The notes beneath the pieces are model-generated. The model saw only the letters and a program-made list of their open reading frames with translations, made no database searches and was not told the origin of the DNA. From an uncultured Candidatus Cloacimonadota bacterium (lineage in GTDB: Bacteria; Cloacimonadota; Cloacimonadia; Cloacimonadales; TCS61), in contig CAYSSJ010000004.1 in NCBI GenBank assembly GCA_964433675.1, positions 66,454 through 130,453 of the forward strand: DNA of 64,000 bases. The letters run 5' to 3'. This document shows, in pieces, positions 31,242 through 40,925 of the stretch. Each line of letters begins with the position of its first letter. Positions within the stretch are counted from its first letter, which is position 1. Both the position numbers and the translations under genes were made by a program.

Positions 31242-31586
31242 ATGGCGAACTATCATGAACCCGCAGAGGAATTGTCGGTAAAAGACAGAGATCTATCCAG
31301 AGCTTTGAATAGTCTGAAAGAAGAGGTAGAGGCAATAGACTGGTATCAGCAACGCGTTGCTACTGCCGGAGATGAAGATCTGAAGAAGATATTAGCGCAT
31401 AATCGAGATGAGGAGATCGAGCATGCCGTGATGACCTTGGAATGGTTGAGACGCAATATGCCGGCTTGGGACGAAGAGATGCGAACTTATCTCTTTACCG
31501 AAAAACCGATCACCGAACTGGAAGACGATGAAGAAGAAGGCGATGCAGGTGGAACCAGCCTTGGCATCGGCTCACTAAAAGAATAA
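31242..31586 (+). CDS. Encapsulated ferritin-like cargo protein (EncFtn) with C-terminal encapsulin targeting peptide
   Basis: ExxH iron-binding motif (EEIEHA) in a short four-helix-like protein; C-terminal GGTSLGIGSLKE matches the family 1 encapsulin cargo-loading peptide consensus (SLGIGSLK). Confidence 0.75.
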   Translation: MANYHEPAEELSVKDRDLSRALNSLKEEVEAIDWYQQRVATAGDEDLKKILAHNRDEEIEHAVMTLEWLRRNMPAWDEEMRTYLFTEKPITELEDDEEEGDAGGTSLGIGSLKE

Positions 31587-31601
31587 AGAAAGGAGATAAT
31601 T

Positions 31602-32399
31602 ATGGATTTTTTAAAGAAACATTTAGCACCCATATCTGAAGAAGCTTGGGAAGAAATAGAAGAACAAGCTAAGATCAGCCTAAAAGCTCATCTTTCTGGC
31701 CGAAAATTTGTGGATATCGATGGACCCAAGGGATGGGATTTTCCCGGTAAGGCTTTGGGTAGGTTAAATTTGGCAAATACCAAAAAAGAAGATGTAAATT
31801 ATGGAGTTCGTTCATTTTTGCCCACGATCGAGGCAAGAGTTCCCTTCACACTGAAAATCTGGGAATTGGATAATGCTACCAGAGGTGCGGAAGATGTAGA
31901 TCTGGAGAATTTGGAAGTTGCTGCCAAAAGGATAGCTACTTTCGAAGATTCTGTTATCTACAACGGACTTAACAAAGCAAATATTGATGGGATATTCAAA
32001 ACTGCTCCCCATAAAATCAAGTTAGCCGCTGATTCGATGCAATGGCTGGAACAGATATCCGAGGGGATAGAAATCTTTTCGGATAATGCTATCGAAGGAC
32101 CTTTTGCCTTGGTTTTGAATCCCAAATCTTGGCGTGCTCTGGATAAATATTCCAAAGGATATCCGCTCAGAAGACAGGTAAAAGATCTGATCGGTGGTCC
32201 TATTATTATGGCAAATTATCTAAAGAAAGACGGTGTTCTTGTTTCGATCAGAGATGATGATCTGAAACTTACAATCGGACAAGACTTTTCTATAGGGTAT
32301 GAACAGCATGATAGCGAGAATGTGAAACTATTCATCACAGAAACTTTTACTTTCCAAATCAACGAACCAAACGCTATCATCAATCTGAAAACGGAATAA
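31602..32399 (+). CDS. Encapsulin nanocompartment shell protein (family 1, HK97 fold)
   Basis: Strong similarity to characterized encapsulins, e.g. GRKFVDIDGPKGWDF, TFTLKIWELDN, GQDFSIGYEQHDSENVKLFITETFTFQ. Confidence 0.85.
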   Translation: MDFLKKHLAPISEEAWEEIEEQAKISLKAHLSGRKFVDIDGPKGWDFPGKALGRLNLANTKKEDVNYGVRSFLPTIEARVPFTLKIWELDNATRGAEDVDLENLEVAAKRIATFEDSVIYNGLNKANIDGIFKTAPHKIKLAADSMQWLEQISEGIEIFSDNAIEGPFALVLNPKSWRALDKYSKGYPLRRQVKDLIGGPIIMANYLKKDGVLVSIRDDDLKLTIGQDFSIGYEQHDSENVKLFITETFTFQINEPNAIINLKTE

Positions 32400-32413
32400 T
32401 AAAATCCACATAG

Positions 32414-32444
32414 AGGGGATGCTTTCGGGCATCCCTTTATTTAT
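32414..32444. terminator. Rho-independent terminator (ggggatgctttcgggcatccc plus T-run)
   Basis: Perfect 8-bp stem followed by tttatttatt after encapsulin stop. Confidence 0.7.
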
Positions 32445-33085
32445 TGCCGATCGAAATCGATATGAGCGAATTTGTGCTCTAAATAGCCGGTGGACAGAGT
32501 TATATCCTCATCGTAAGCATAGGTGCTGATAGTCTCTTGCTCAAGATTTACATGCCAGATAAGTGGTTCGAAATTACGGTGCTTGTGAATATCGTGAATA
32601 CACAAAAAGACTAAGTTTTCACTATCCAACCAAAATCCGTCTTCCACATAGATAGCCGGACCGGCAAAGTAAATCCGAATTCTCTGCTCGTCGGTTGAGT
32701 CTATCAATGCCACTTCTGTATCTACATTGAATCCACCCCAATATTCATCATTTTTTCCTATCTCAAGTTTGTAGCTATATAGATCGAGATAGAGCGGTTT
32801 TTGCGGATTGCGGAGATATTTGTACAACTCAGCTTTTTCCGGATCGAATTGATATTCACCCGTTTGTATCTGTAGGTTTGCTTCGGATTCTAATTCAAAC
32901 TTATCGAGCTCAAGTTTGTGTTCATCATCTGAATGAAATGCCAGCCATTGCGGGCAGTTTTCTGCTATGCCAGCTATGATGGTTTGCTCGATGGATGGTT
33001 CCCTGAGGGTATGTCTGATATAGACAAAAAGCATAATTATGATAAGAAGAGCTATAGCGATGAGCAAACCGGTACGATATTTCAT
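32441..33085 (-). CDS. Hypothetical membrane-anchored protein
   Basis: N-terminal TM helix; downstream of DUF58 gene. Confidence 0.4.
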   Translation of the reverse strand: MKYRTGLLIAIALLIIIMLFVYIRHTLREPSIEQTIIAGIAENCPQWLAFHSDDEHKLELDKFELESEANLQIQTGEYQFDPEKAELYKYLRNPQKPLYLDLYSYKLEIGKNDEYWGGFNVDTEVALIDSTDEQRIRIYFAGPAIYVEDGFWLDSENLVFLCIHDIHKHRNFEPLIWHVNLEQETISTYAYDEDITLSTGYLEHKFAHIDFDRQ

Positions 33086-33087
33086 GT

Positions 33088-33975
33088 TTAATACAACCTG
33101 GAACGCTTGATCAGGTAATGCAGCAGATTTTGTTCGAAAGGAGTTTCTGTACTGATCGGATTGTATTCTATATGCGATTCATGACATTTGGTTTTAAAGT
33201 ATTTGATAGTATCGGCGTAGTTTTTTTGATAATCAGCTTTGATCTGCCAGGGGTTGACGGTGATCTTCTCATCAGTTTCGGAATCGACGAATTCGGTTTC
33301 ACCACGAAATCCAAAATCCACTTCTTGCGGATCTTGAATATGAAATAATATCACTTCATGTTTCTGATGCCTGAAATGCTGTAAACCGAGCAGCAGCTTT
33401 TCCGGGTCATCTATCATATCGGAGATCAGAATGATCAGACTACGTTTCTTGATCTTTTCGGCAAGCTCATGCAAGACATCGGCAGTATTAGTAGTTTCGG
33501 CAGCTTTTAGATGAAAGAGTCTCTTGAGGATAAAATTCAGATAAGATGTCATCGATCGTGCCGGAATAAACTGAGTTGTTTTGTTTGTATAAGTAAGCAG
33601 CCCGACGGCATCTTGTTGGGAAAGCATCAGATAGGCAAGAGCAGATGAGAAAGCTTTGGCATATTCCAGTTTTGTCCATTTTCCGGAACTATATCCCATC
33701 GAATTACTATGATCGAGCAAGATATACGAGCGCAGATTGGTCTCTTCCTCATACCTTCTGATATAGTATCTATTCGTTTTGGCATATACTTTCCAATCTA
33801 TATTCCTGATCGAATCTCCCGGGATGTACTGACGATGGTCGGAAAATTCTACACTAAAACCATGATATGGTGATTTGTGCAAACCGGTGATAAAACCTTC
33901 GACGATCAAGCGTGCCCGCAGGTTGAAGCGATTCATCGTCGCCATGTATTCCGGTGAAAGTAGGTTAGGTTTCAT
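33088..33975 (-). CDS. DUF58 domain protein (vWA-like, MoxR-associated family)
   Basis: HKSPYHGFSVEFSDHRQYIPGDSIRNIDWKVYAKT is the DUF58 signature block. Confidence 0.75.
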   Translation of the reverse strand: MKPNLLSPEYMATMNRFNLRARLIVEGFITGLHKSPYHGFSVEFSDHRQYIPGDSIRNIDWKVYAKTNRYYIRRYEEETNLRSYILLDHSNSMGYSSGKWTKLEYAKAFSSALAYLMLSQQDAVGLLTYTNKTTQFIPARSMTSYLNFILKRLFHLKAAETTNTADVLHELAEKIKKRSLIILISDMIDDPEKLLLGLQHFRHQKHEVILFHIQDPQEVDFGFRGETEFVDSETDEKITVNPWQIKADYQKNYADTIKYFKTKCHESHIEYNPISTETPFEQNLLHYLIKRSRLY

Positions 33976-34151
33976 TTTTTCTTGCGAACTCCTGACATGA
34001 TTGCTGCCGGGAACAGAGCTCCGTATGCTATGACCAGCAGTATGGGAGAGATCGTCTTGTCGCCGGTTCCCAAGATGATATAACCTACCACACTTACGAT
34101 GATTGCCAAGATAAGCAAGGCAACATTCACTTTCGAGAAAACGAATTTCAT
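33972..34151 (-). CDS. Small hypothetical membrane protein, 59 aa (not in ORF track)
   Basis: Manual translation MKFVFSKVNVALLILAIIVSVVGYIILGTGDKTISPILLVIAYGALFPAAIMSGVRKKK; stop overlaps DUF58 start (ATGA), suggesting translational coupling. Confidence 0.3.
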   Translation of the reverse strand: MKFVFSKVNVALLILAIIVSVVGYIILGTGDKTISPILLVIAYGALFPAAIMSGVRKKK

Positions 34152-34153
34152 AT

Positions 34154-36058
34154 TTACTCCTCTTGTTTGATTTTGTTTAGCAACTCTTTTGATTTTTCTA
34201 CCGAACGGTCATGGTTCTCCAACTGAACAGCTAAGCGGAGATAATGGATTGCCTGATCGGTATCTTCCAACTGGTAATAAATCGCACCCAAATGGTATGC
34301 CATTTCACTATTGTCTATCTCATTTTCCATAGGTAATTTCATGGCTTCCAGTGCTTTGGCGTATTCTCCTTTTCGATAGAAGAGCCAAGCTAAACTATCC
34401 CAATACATTATATTCTCAGGATCCATCTCCAGAGCTTGGTTCAGCAGTTTCTCGGCTGTTTCGTATCTCTCGTCAAGTTCATAGTCGGCGATTAGATAAG
34501 CATAAGTGTTGAGAAGATCGGCATTTTCGGGATAATAACTCACAGCACTTTCCAAAAGTGGAAAGATATCCTCAACCTGACCGATTTTATCCGCAGAGAT
34601 GGTAGCCAAAATATACACATTTGCCGCTGCCGGTTCACTTTCTTCTATCTCTTTTTTCAGATAATGATAAGCAAGGGAGTCTGCTCTACTATTGAAGAAA
34701 TAGACTCCGGCTATCTCATAGAATGTCGGTGAGTGCTCTTCTCGATGCTCTAAGAGCTTTTGTGCTTTTTCCACATCTTGAGCTGCAGAGAGATATGTCA
34801 AAGCAGCTGTCTGTAAAAGTTGATTTTCTCTGAGAAATTCGAGAGAAACATTGTCTAAAAAACGGCGTACTTCTTCGTTCATATCCAAAAGATCATAGGT
34901 ATAAGCACAGATAAAATTAGTTAGATCCGAATCGGTACTTTCCAACTTCTGCAAGGTCTGTAATAATTTATCTTCTATTGTCTGGTCATCAGATTGGGCA
35001 AATTGATTGAAAAGTGGCAACAGAGATTGGATCGAATCTGAGAGGAGAAAATATTTCGCAGCATTCTCAATGTCAGCTTCTCTAAAATATGCTTCTCCGA
35101 GATAGCTATAGAAATTCGGCAGTAGGTCTTTGGGCAGATCATCATTTTGCAAGATAGCGTCACCAGCTTCGATAACGACAGCATATCTTTCTTTTCGCAA
35201 AGCGGAGAAAAAGAGAAAGCGGAGTGCGTCGGTATTGTTCAACTGCAAGCACAACTCTCTATTATCCAATATTTTGTCGAATTGATTGTCAAAATAGTAC
35301 TGCCCGAGAAGAAAGACTTTGAATTGATCGCGCATAGAATGCTGAGAGTGGAGCCGTTCTTCCAATAGCTGGATTATCTTGTCCTTTTCGCCCAGTGAGT
35401 CATAAAGGCGCAGCAATCGTTGTAAGATATATTCATCATACCATTTGTTGTACGCTCTTTCGAAATAACTTATAGCAGCTTTAGGGTCATGATCGGCAAG
35501 TAATTCTATACTTCGTATTACCAGTGTTCTTCTTTCCCACTCCAAGTCCAAGGCTTTTTGCAATAGTTCAAATTCGGTGGGCAAATTTTGCTCTTTTTGG
35601 AAGAGAAAAAAGGCGTAGTAATGTTCCATAGTAGGATCATATTCCAAAGCTTCCCGATAGAAAAATTCAGCTCGCTCGATATTTCCGATCCGATTATAGG
35701 CTTGGGCAATAAAGAACAAAATTGCACTATTATAGCTATCATCTTCCCAATACTGTTCACCCAAGCTGATGATCTGGTGGTTTAAATCTTCGTTTGTAAT
35801 AGCCAAATAAGAGAGCAGTTCGATTAGCTTTTCTTTGATAAGAATATTGCGCGGATTGTGTTTTTCTGCCATTCTAAGATACTGAATGGCAGTGGTATAA
35901 TCTTCTATCTGCATAGCAGTTTGAGCCATCGAATAATACATCAGCGACAGGTTTAGTTCTCGCTGATCGAGAGGCTCCCGCTCTTTGCTGCTCTCAGAAA
36001 TAGTGGCACAGCCACCGAGCAAAAGCAAGCTGAGTAGTAAGAGTGCTGTTCGTTTCAT
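34154..36058 (-). CDS. TPR-repeat lipoprotein
   Basis: Lipobox LLLGGC; multiple TPR-like repeats (AxxYxxLG.. patterns). Confidence 0.6.
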   Translation of the reverse strand: MKRTALLLLSLLLLGGCATISESSKEREPLDQRELNLSLMYYSMAQTAMQIEDYTTAIQYLRMAEKHNPRNILIKEKLIELLSYLAITNEDLNHQIISLGEQYWEDDSYNSAILFFIAQAYNRIGNIERAEFFYREALEYDPTMEHYYAFFLFQKEQNLPTEFELLQKALDLEWERRTLVIRSIELLADHDPKAAISYFERAYNKWYDEYILQRLLRLYDSLGEKDKIIQLLEERLHSQHSMRDQFKVFLLGQYYFDNQFDKILDNRELCLQLNNTDALRFLFFSALRKERYAVVIEAGDAILQNDDLPKDLLPNFYSYLGEAYFREADIENAAKYFLLSDSIQSLLPLFNQFAQSDDQTIEDKLLQTLQKLESTDSDLTNFICAYTYDLLDMNEEVRRFLDNVSLEFLRENQLLQTAALTYLSAAQDVEKAQKLLEHREEHSPTFYEIAGVYFFNSRADSLAYHYLKKEIEESEPAAANVYILATISADKIGQVEDIFPLLESAVSYYPENADLLNTYAYLIADYELDERYETAEKLLNQALEMDPENIMYWDSLAWLFYRKGEYAKALEAMKLPMENEIDNSEMAYHLGAIYYQLEDTDQAIHYLRLAVQLENHDRSVEKSKELLNKIKQEE

Positions 36059-36070
36059 TATCTCCTTTTT

Positions 36071-36832
36071 TTAAAATGTCATGTTGTATATTATAGTAAG
36101 GGTTCTATCGCTGCCATGTGTATCGGATCTCTTCTGTAGCAGGTCATAAAAGGATAACTTTACGGAAAGGTATTCGGTAAAGTAAACAGCGATACCTGCA
36201 TTCAGAAAACCACGCTTCAAATTCTCGATATGTTCATCAGCAGTTTGTTTCAACCAATCTGCACGATCATTGAAAGCGAAATCGTATTCAGCCATCACTA
36301 CAACCACATCGCCGACGGTTTTATCCACTCCGGCAAACAGGTTGGGAGTCTTGTCTTCATCACCGGTTTCTAAGCTGAAATTTGTTCCTGCATGCACTCC
36401 GAGATTTCCCAAAAAGAAGTAGTTTTTACTGGCGACCAGATAAAAACCGCGCGATTTGATATCATATCGATCCACACTTTCATGGAATACGCCATGCCCT
36501 TGAGAATCGTATCCCACGGCTACTGCGGGATATTGGGCAGATTCATCGAGCAGACGAAATTTGGCATTGAATTCCACTTTGTCCTGCCATTCCGGCTTCA
36601 GATTTCCGACTAATTGCTCACCACCAAAGGATACACCGAACATAAATCGGGGGAACAAGCCGACCCTGGTTCCCAGCATCACGCCATTGTTTCTGAACAA
36701 TTTGGTAGTGATCTCGGCTTCACCACGCTGCAATATGCCTGCAGTCGGCGATTCGATCAGAGTATTCATCTCATAGGCAGATAAAACACCGACCAGACAC
36801 AATAGCACCAAACATAAGCTGATCTTTTTCAT
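36071..36832 (-). CDS. Hypothetical outer-membrane beta-barrel-like protein
   Basis: Signal peptide; alternating hydrophobic beta-strand pattern, C-terminal aromatic residue (F). Confidence 0.4.
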   Translation of the reverse strand: MKKISLCLVLLCLVGVLSAYEMNTLIESPTAGILQRGEAEITTKLFRNNGVMLGTRVGLFPRFMFGVSFGGEQLVGNLKPEWQDKVEFNAKFRLLDESAQYPAVAVGYDSQGHGVFHESVDRYDIKSRGFYLVASKNYFFLGNLGVHAGTNFSLETGDEDKTPNLFAGVDKTVGDVVVVMAEYDFAFNDRADWLKQTADEHIENLKRGFLNAGIAVYFTEYLSVKLSFYDLLQKRSDTHGSDRTLTIIYNMTF

Positions 36833-37884
36833 TAAAAACCTCCCTCTTGTTTTTTTATTTCAAATGTTCTGCTGATAACTTCAAGCTCCAATAGAGCATC
36901 CAATTTCTCACCCTGTGGATAATAAACACTATTATCTATCAAAATTGCCAATTGGCTATCTTCATCATAAAAAGCGAAACTCTGGAAAGCACCACCGACC
37001 ATGTATTTCTGATTCTGCCATCTGCCGGAAAGTCTGAAACCATCATAACCGGCAATAGAATAAAATCGCGAGCTTACATCTTCATCTCTAAACTCGTCTT
37101 CATCATAATAATCCCAAGCCAGTCGGGCACGGGTTTCCTTTAACCAATTCCTGTCAACTTCGTCGGTTTCCATATTTTCATAATAGACTGCAAAATAGCG
37201 ATCCGGTTGCTCCCGCCTTCTTGCCAGATAAGAGATGAAGTTATTTTCCCTATCTTCAGCGTAAACCACATAATACTGTGGTATATCAGCCATCCAAGGA
37301 AGATGAGCAAATGCACCAGGGGAATAATTGGCATCACGATATACTTTGCGCGCTATCCTTTGGAAGAGCTTATCATAAAAATGGTCAAAGATCACATCCG
37401 CTTGCAATATATTCAGTCGCAAAAGAGTCTCTTCGTTGTCTGCCAACAAAAAGAGCACCAATTGGTCATTTGCCCAAAGGTTATCTACCGGATAAATTGC
37501 CATATTGTTTTGCTCTACTTCATTACGAGCACTTTCACCCAGAATATTCTTTACATGAGCCGAGATCTGCTCATCAGAATCATAATGAGCGAAAAAAATC
37601 AAATTATTGAATTTATAGAATTCTTCTATAGCATTTGATGAAGCTCTGCGCACTTCGAAATAGGATTCGTTTTCAGTAGTGAAGCGGTAGCGTGCCAAAT
37701 TTTGTTTCAAATAGGGATAGGCATGTTTCCACACATTATCATCAGCGAACACATATATTACTCGCGGTTGACCCCAAGACATCGGTTTGCGCATATCTCG
37801 CCCGTCAGCTCTCTCACTAAGCTGAACATCGCCACATGCAGCGAGTAATCCGATTACGAATATTAGCGCTATTATTTTTTTCAT
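36832..37884 (-). CDS. Hypothetical lipoprotein
   Basis: Lipobox LLAAC; acidic, Tyr/Trp-rich. Confidence 0.4.
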   Translation of the reverse strand: MKKIIALIFVIGLLAACGDVQLSERADGRDMRKPMSWGQPRVIYVFADDNVWKHAYPYLKQNLARYRFTTENESYFEVRRASSNAIEEFYKFNNLIFFAHYDSDEQISAHVKNILGESARNEVEQNNMAIYPVDNLWANDQLVLFLLADNEETLLRLNILQADVIFDHFYDKLFQRIARKVYRDANYSPGAFAHLPWMADIPQYYVVYAEDRENNFISYLARRREQPDRYFAVYYENMETDEVDRNWLKETRARLAWDYYDEDEFRDEDVSSRFYSIAGYDGFRLSGRWQNQKYMVGGAFQSFAFYDEDSQLAILIDNSVYYPQGEKLDALLELEVISRTFEIKKQEGGF

Positions 37885-37894
37885 ATTATATATA

Positions 37895-38452
37895 CTACTG
37901 TTTTTTTAGAAAAATCGAAAAATAATTCACACCGGAGAGGATTGTCAGGAGAGCTACAACCCAGAAATAGATGTTTATTACCGAGATGATCCCCGGATCA
38001 TATTCATAAAATTTGGTATAAGTATAAAACAAGAGGGTAAAGATCAAGCCGATGATCTGCGTTAAAGTTTTTAGTTTACCATAGATATTGGCAGCTATGT
38101 AGATTCTCCTCTTTTTGAAGTATTCTCGCAAGATAGAGACGGCAATTTCTCTGAAAGCTATGATAATGAAGATAACGATGCTGATATAACCTATCTTTGT
38201 TGCAAAAGCGAGTAGCGCGGTGAGTACCAAGATTTTATCTGCCAGTGGATCCATAATTTTACCAAAGTCGGAAATTACTTGGAAGCGTCTTGCCAAAAGC
38301 CCATCAAAATAGTCTGTGATAGCAGCTACGATGAAGACGATAGTAGCCCAGAGAGCACCTTGAGGAGTAGTGGTGAAGAATATCAGCACCAAAAATACCG
38401 GAACTAGTAGAATGCGGAACATCGTCAGTATATTCGGTATGTTTTTTTTCAT
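37895..38452 (-). CDS. pgsA: CDP-diacylglycerol--glycerol-3-phosphate 3-phosphatidyltransferase
   Basis: CDP-alcohol phosphatidyltransferase motif DYFDGLLARRF...GKIMDPLADKI; start at internal Met MKKNIPNILT (ORF track 38551). Confidence 0.75.
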   Translation of the reverse strand: MKKNIPNILTMFRILLVPVFLVLIFFTTTPQGALWATIVFIVAAITDYFDGLLARRFQVISDFGKIMDPLADKILVLTALLAFATKIGYISIVIFIIIAFREIAVSILREYFKKRRIYIAANIYGKLKTLTQIIGLIFTLLFYTYTKFYEYDPGIISVINIYFWVVALLTILSGVNYFSIFLKKQ

Positions 38453-39234
38453 ATCGATCCTCTCCTCAAAAATAATCTGGAAAGTAAAATAGCTAACAAA
38501 AGCGTCAAGAATTTTCCAATGAAATAGCGATGATCTATAGATTGATCCCAAATATAATAATACTTGCTTAGATAGTAGATAGCGCTAACCAAACCGACAG
38601 GGATGATACAAAGAATAGCCGAATCTAATACAAATTGTCTGCCCCAACTCCGATGAAATCCACCGGCACGGGAATATACACGCCAAAAATCTTTGGAACG
38701 ATGCTCATAGTGAATACGCATGAATATGGCTACAATCAGCAGCAACAATCCCAAAAGCGCATTCGCCAGAAAGTAAGAGTTATCCAATAGATCCTTTCTG
38801 TTTATGTAACGACGATAGTAATTGGAGTTATATAAAGTAGAGATATCGGTGTCGGATAGTTCGCCGATTAGAAAATCGAGTGTATTGAAATTCTCTTCAT
38901 TTAGTAAACTGCCCTCTATTCTGAGTTGGATAAGATGAGGGAGAGCACCGTTTGATACGACGGATTCCACTCCTTCCAGATCGTAAGTTCTGACCAGCTC
39001 AGCCAAAACATCACTGTCTTGTTTGAATACCGCTTCCGAGACAAAGTGGAGCTGTTCAAACTGTCGCTGCTCATCTCTGAGCAAATCTTCATCCCAAGAG
39101 AAGAGAAAAATCGGGCGATCAGAGATTATCTCATCTATCCTGTTTTCGAGAATTTGATCCGCCACATGCAATGCTGACCAGACTGCTACTAACAAGGTGA
39201 GCACAATAATTTGCGTGAAAATTCCTCGTTTCAT
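38449..39234 (-). CDS. FtsX-like permease family protein
   Basis: N-terminal TM, periplasmic domain, C-terminal 3 TM; follows an ABC ATPase-like gene with overlapping stop/start. Confidence 0.45.
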   Translation of the reverse strand: MKRGIFTQIIVLTLLVAVWSALHVADQILENRIDEIISDRPIFLFSWDEDLLRDEQRQFEQLHFVSEAVFKQDSDVLAELVRTYDLEGVESVVSNGALPHLIQLRIEGSLLNEENFNTLDFLIGELSDTDISTLYNSNYYRRYINRKDLLDNSYFLANALLGLLLLIVAIFMRIHYEHRSKDFWRVYSRAGGFHRSWGRQFVLDSAILCIIPVGLVSAIYYLSKYYYIWDQSIDHRYFIGKFLTLLLAILLSRLFLRRGSI

Positions 39235-39857
39235 AATAATTCCATTTCTTTATTATGTATCCGATAAACTTCATCGAAACCGTTCAGTTTGGATTTGGAA
39301 GTGGCTAAGACAGTAGAACCGCTGTTTGTCGCAAATCTGAGTATCTCAACCGCCTGCATGTAGTGAATTTCATCGAAATAGCAATCAAAATCGTCGATGC
39401 AGATGAGCTGGGGAGCCTGCACAGTAGTTCGGATCAGCTCGACGAATTTTTTGGCAGAAAAGGGAAGCTTATATATTTTTTGAGATATCTTGTCGTGAAT
39501 GCCTACATTTTGGCACATTTCCTGCAACTTATGTTTTTGATATGGAGTTAGTTTGGGAAAGGGAAGAGTGAGATTTTTCCAAACGGATTCATTATCTAAC
39601 AAACTCGGAATCAGTTCCATATAGATAGATTGACGTTGTTTTTTCTTTTTCGGTTTGAGGATAGAGGAAGGAGTGGTGAAGTGGATAGTTCCTGCATATT
39701 GATTATAGTCACCATGAAGCGTTTTTAGCAATAGAGTTTTCCCAATTCCATTATTGCCCCATACCAATATCTTTTTCCCAGTGTCGAATCTGGTATTGGG
39801 CAAGCTTAGCAGCGGCTCTTTGTCCGCTTCAAGCCGGAAGTTTTCGAACTCTATCAT
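39231..39857 (-). CDS. ABC-type ATPase-like protein (FtsE-like, degenerate motifs)
   Basis: Walker A GNNGIGKT; Walker B-like ICIDDFD; short (208 aa). Confidence 0.5.
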   Translation of the reverse strand: MIEFENFRLEADKEPLLSLPNTRFDTGKKILVWGNNGIGKTLLLKTLHGDYNQYAGTIHFTTPSSILKPKKKKQRQSIYMELIPSLLDNESVWKNLTLPFPKLTPYQKHKLQEMCQNVGIHDKISQKIYKLPFSAKKFVELIRTTVQAPQLICIDDFDCYFDEIHYMQAVEILRFATNSGSTVLATSKSKLNGFDEVYRIHNKEMELL

Positions 39858-40474
39858 ACTTTATTCTCCTTTTTCAACTTAAATATCACTAACCCTTTTT
39901 TTATTTTATTGGAAATAATTTGTTCTGTGATAATTAGGTCAACCTTTTTTATGTTTTGGACAAAATCACTACTTCTGGTTGATGGATACAAAAGGTAGGC
40001 AATGCCTGAATCAGATAACGCTTTTGAGGTGGTGGCAAGCACATCTTTCATGCTGCACATAATCTCATGATGAGCCAGAGCACGCTCCTTATCGGGCGAT
40101 GTTCTCCCCGAACAGACAGGAAAGTAGGGTGGATTGGAGACCACCAGATTATATGATTTATCTTCAGGTGCAAATGTTTTGATGTCGGCGTGGTGAAATT
40201 CGGCTTTCACTTCTGCAAGTGCAGAATTCTGGCGGGCAAGTTTTACCAAGTGTTTTTGGATTTCTATACCGACACAATTCCATCTTGGCCTATAATGAGC
40301 CAACATAATACTAACTATCCCGTTTCCGCTACCCAATTCCAAAACTCCGAAATTTCCATTTTCATGATTTGATAGGATAGTATCAATCAAGAAGGCAGTA
40401 TCGGAAGATATGGAACTGGAAGATTGGTAGATAGTTTTCCCAAATGGGAGCAGGACAGATTTGAGTTCGCTCAT
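39854..40474 (-). CDS. SAM-dependent N6-adenine methyltransferase (tRNA m6A37 TrmN6/YfiC-like)
   Basis: VLELGSGNG SAM motif and NPPY catalytic motif (VVSNPPYF); start at internal Met to avoid overlapping dut (ORF track 40624). Confidence 0.65.
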   Translation of the reverse strand: MSELKSVLLPFGKTIYQSSSSISSDTAFLIDTILSNHENGNFGVLELGSGNGIVSIMLAHYRPRWNCVGIEIQKHLVKLARQNSALAEVKAEFHHADIKTFAPEDKSYNLVVSNPPYFPVCSGRTSPDKERALAHHEIMCSMKDVLATTSKALSDSGIAYLLYPSTRSSDFVQNIKKVDLIITEQIISNKIKKGLVIFKLKKENKV

Positions 40475-40478
40475 CTTC

Positions 40479-40916
40479 TCATGAGTCTGTATGTCCGAAT
40501 CCCCCATCATTTCTTTGGGTACTTTCCAACACATCGGTTTCGATGAATTCGATTGCTTCGAATTTATGGATAAGCATCTGTGCAATACGTTTATGTGGTT
40601 CGATGACAAAATCCTCTTTCCCATGGTTAATGAGAATTACTTTGATCTCACCACGATAGTCCGGGTCGATAGTTCCCGGCGAGTTTAGCACAGTTACTCG
40701 ATTTCGGGCGGCTAATCCGCTGCGTGGGCGTATCTGTGCTTCAAATCCATCCGGTAGATGGATAGCTATCCCAGTTGGCACGATCACACTTTCACCTACT
40801 TTGCAGATCAGCTTCTCTTTGTTGGCAGAAAAGAGATCATAACCGGCAGAGTGAGATGTCATCCGTTTAGGAACTTGGGCGTTCGGAGCCAATTTCTTGA
40901 TTTTAAGAGAGATCAT
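40479..40916 (-). CDS. dut: dUTP diphosphatase
   Basis: AGYDL, RSGLA, GTIDPDYRGEI motifs of trimeric dUTPase. Confidence 0.85.
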   Translation of the reverse strand: MISLKIKKLAPNAQVPKRMTSHSAGYDLFSANKEKLICKVGESVIVPTGIAIHLPDGFEAQIRPRSGLAARNRVTVLNSPGTIDPDYRGEIKVILINHGKEDFVIEPHKRIAQMLIHKFEAIEFIETDVLESTQRNDGGFGHTDS

Positions 40917-40925
40917 TATGTATTG

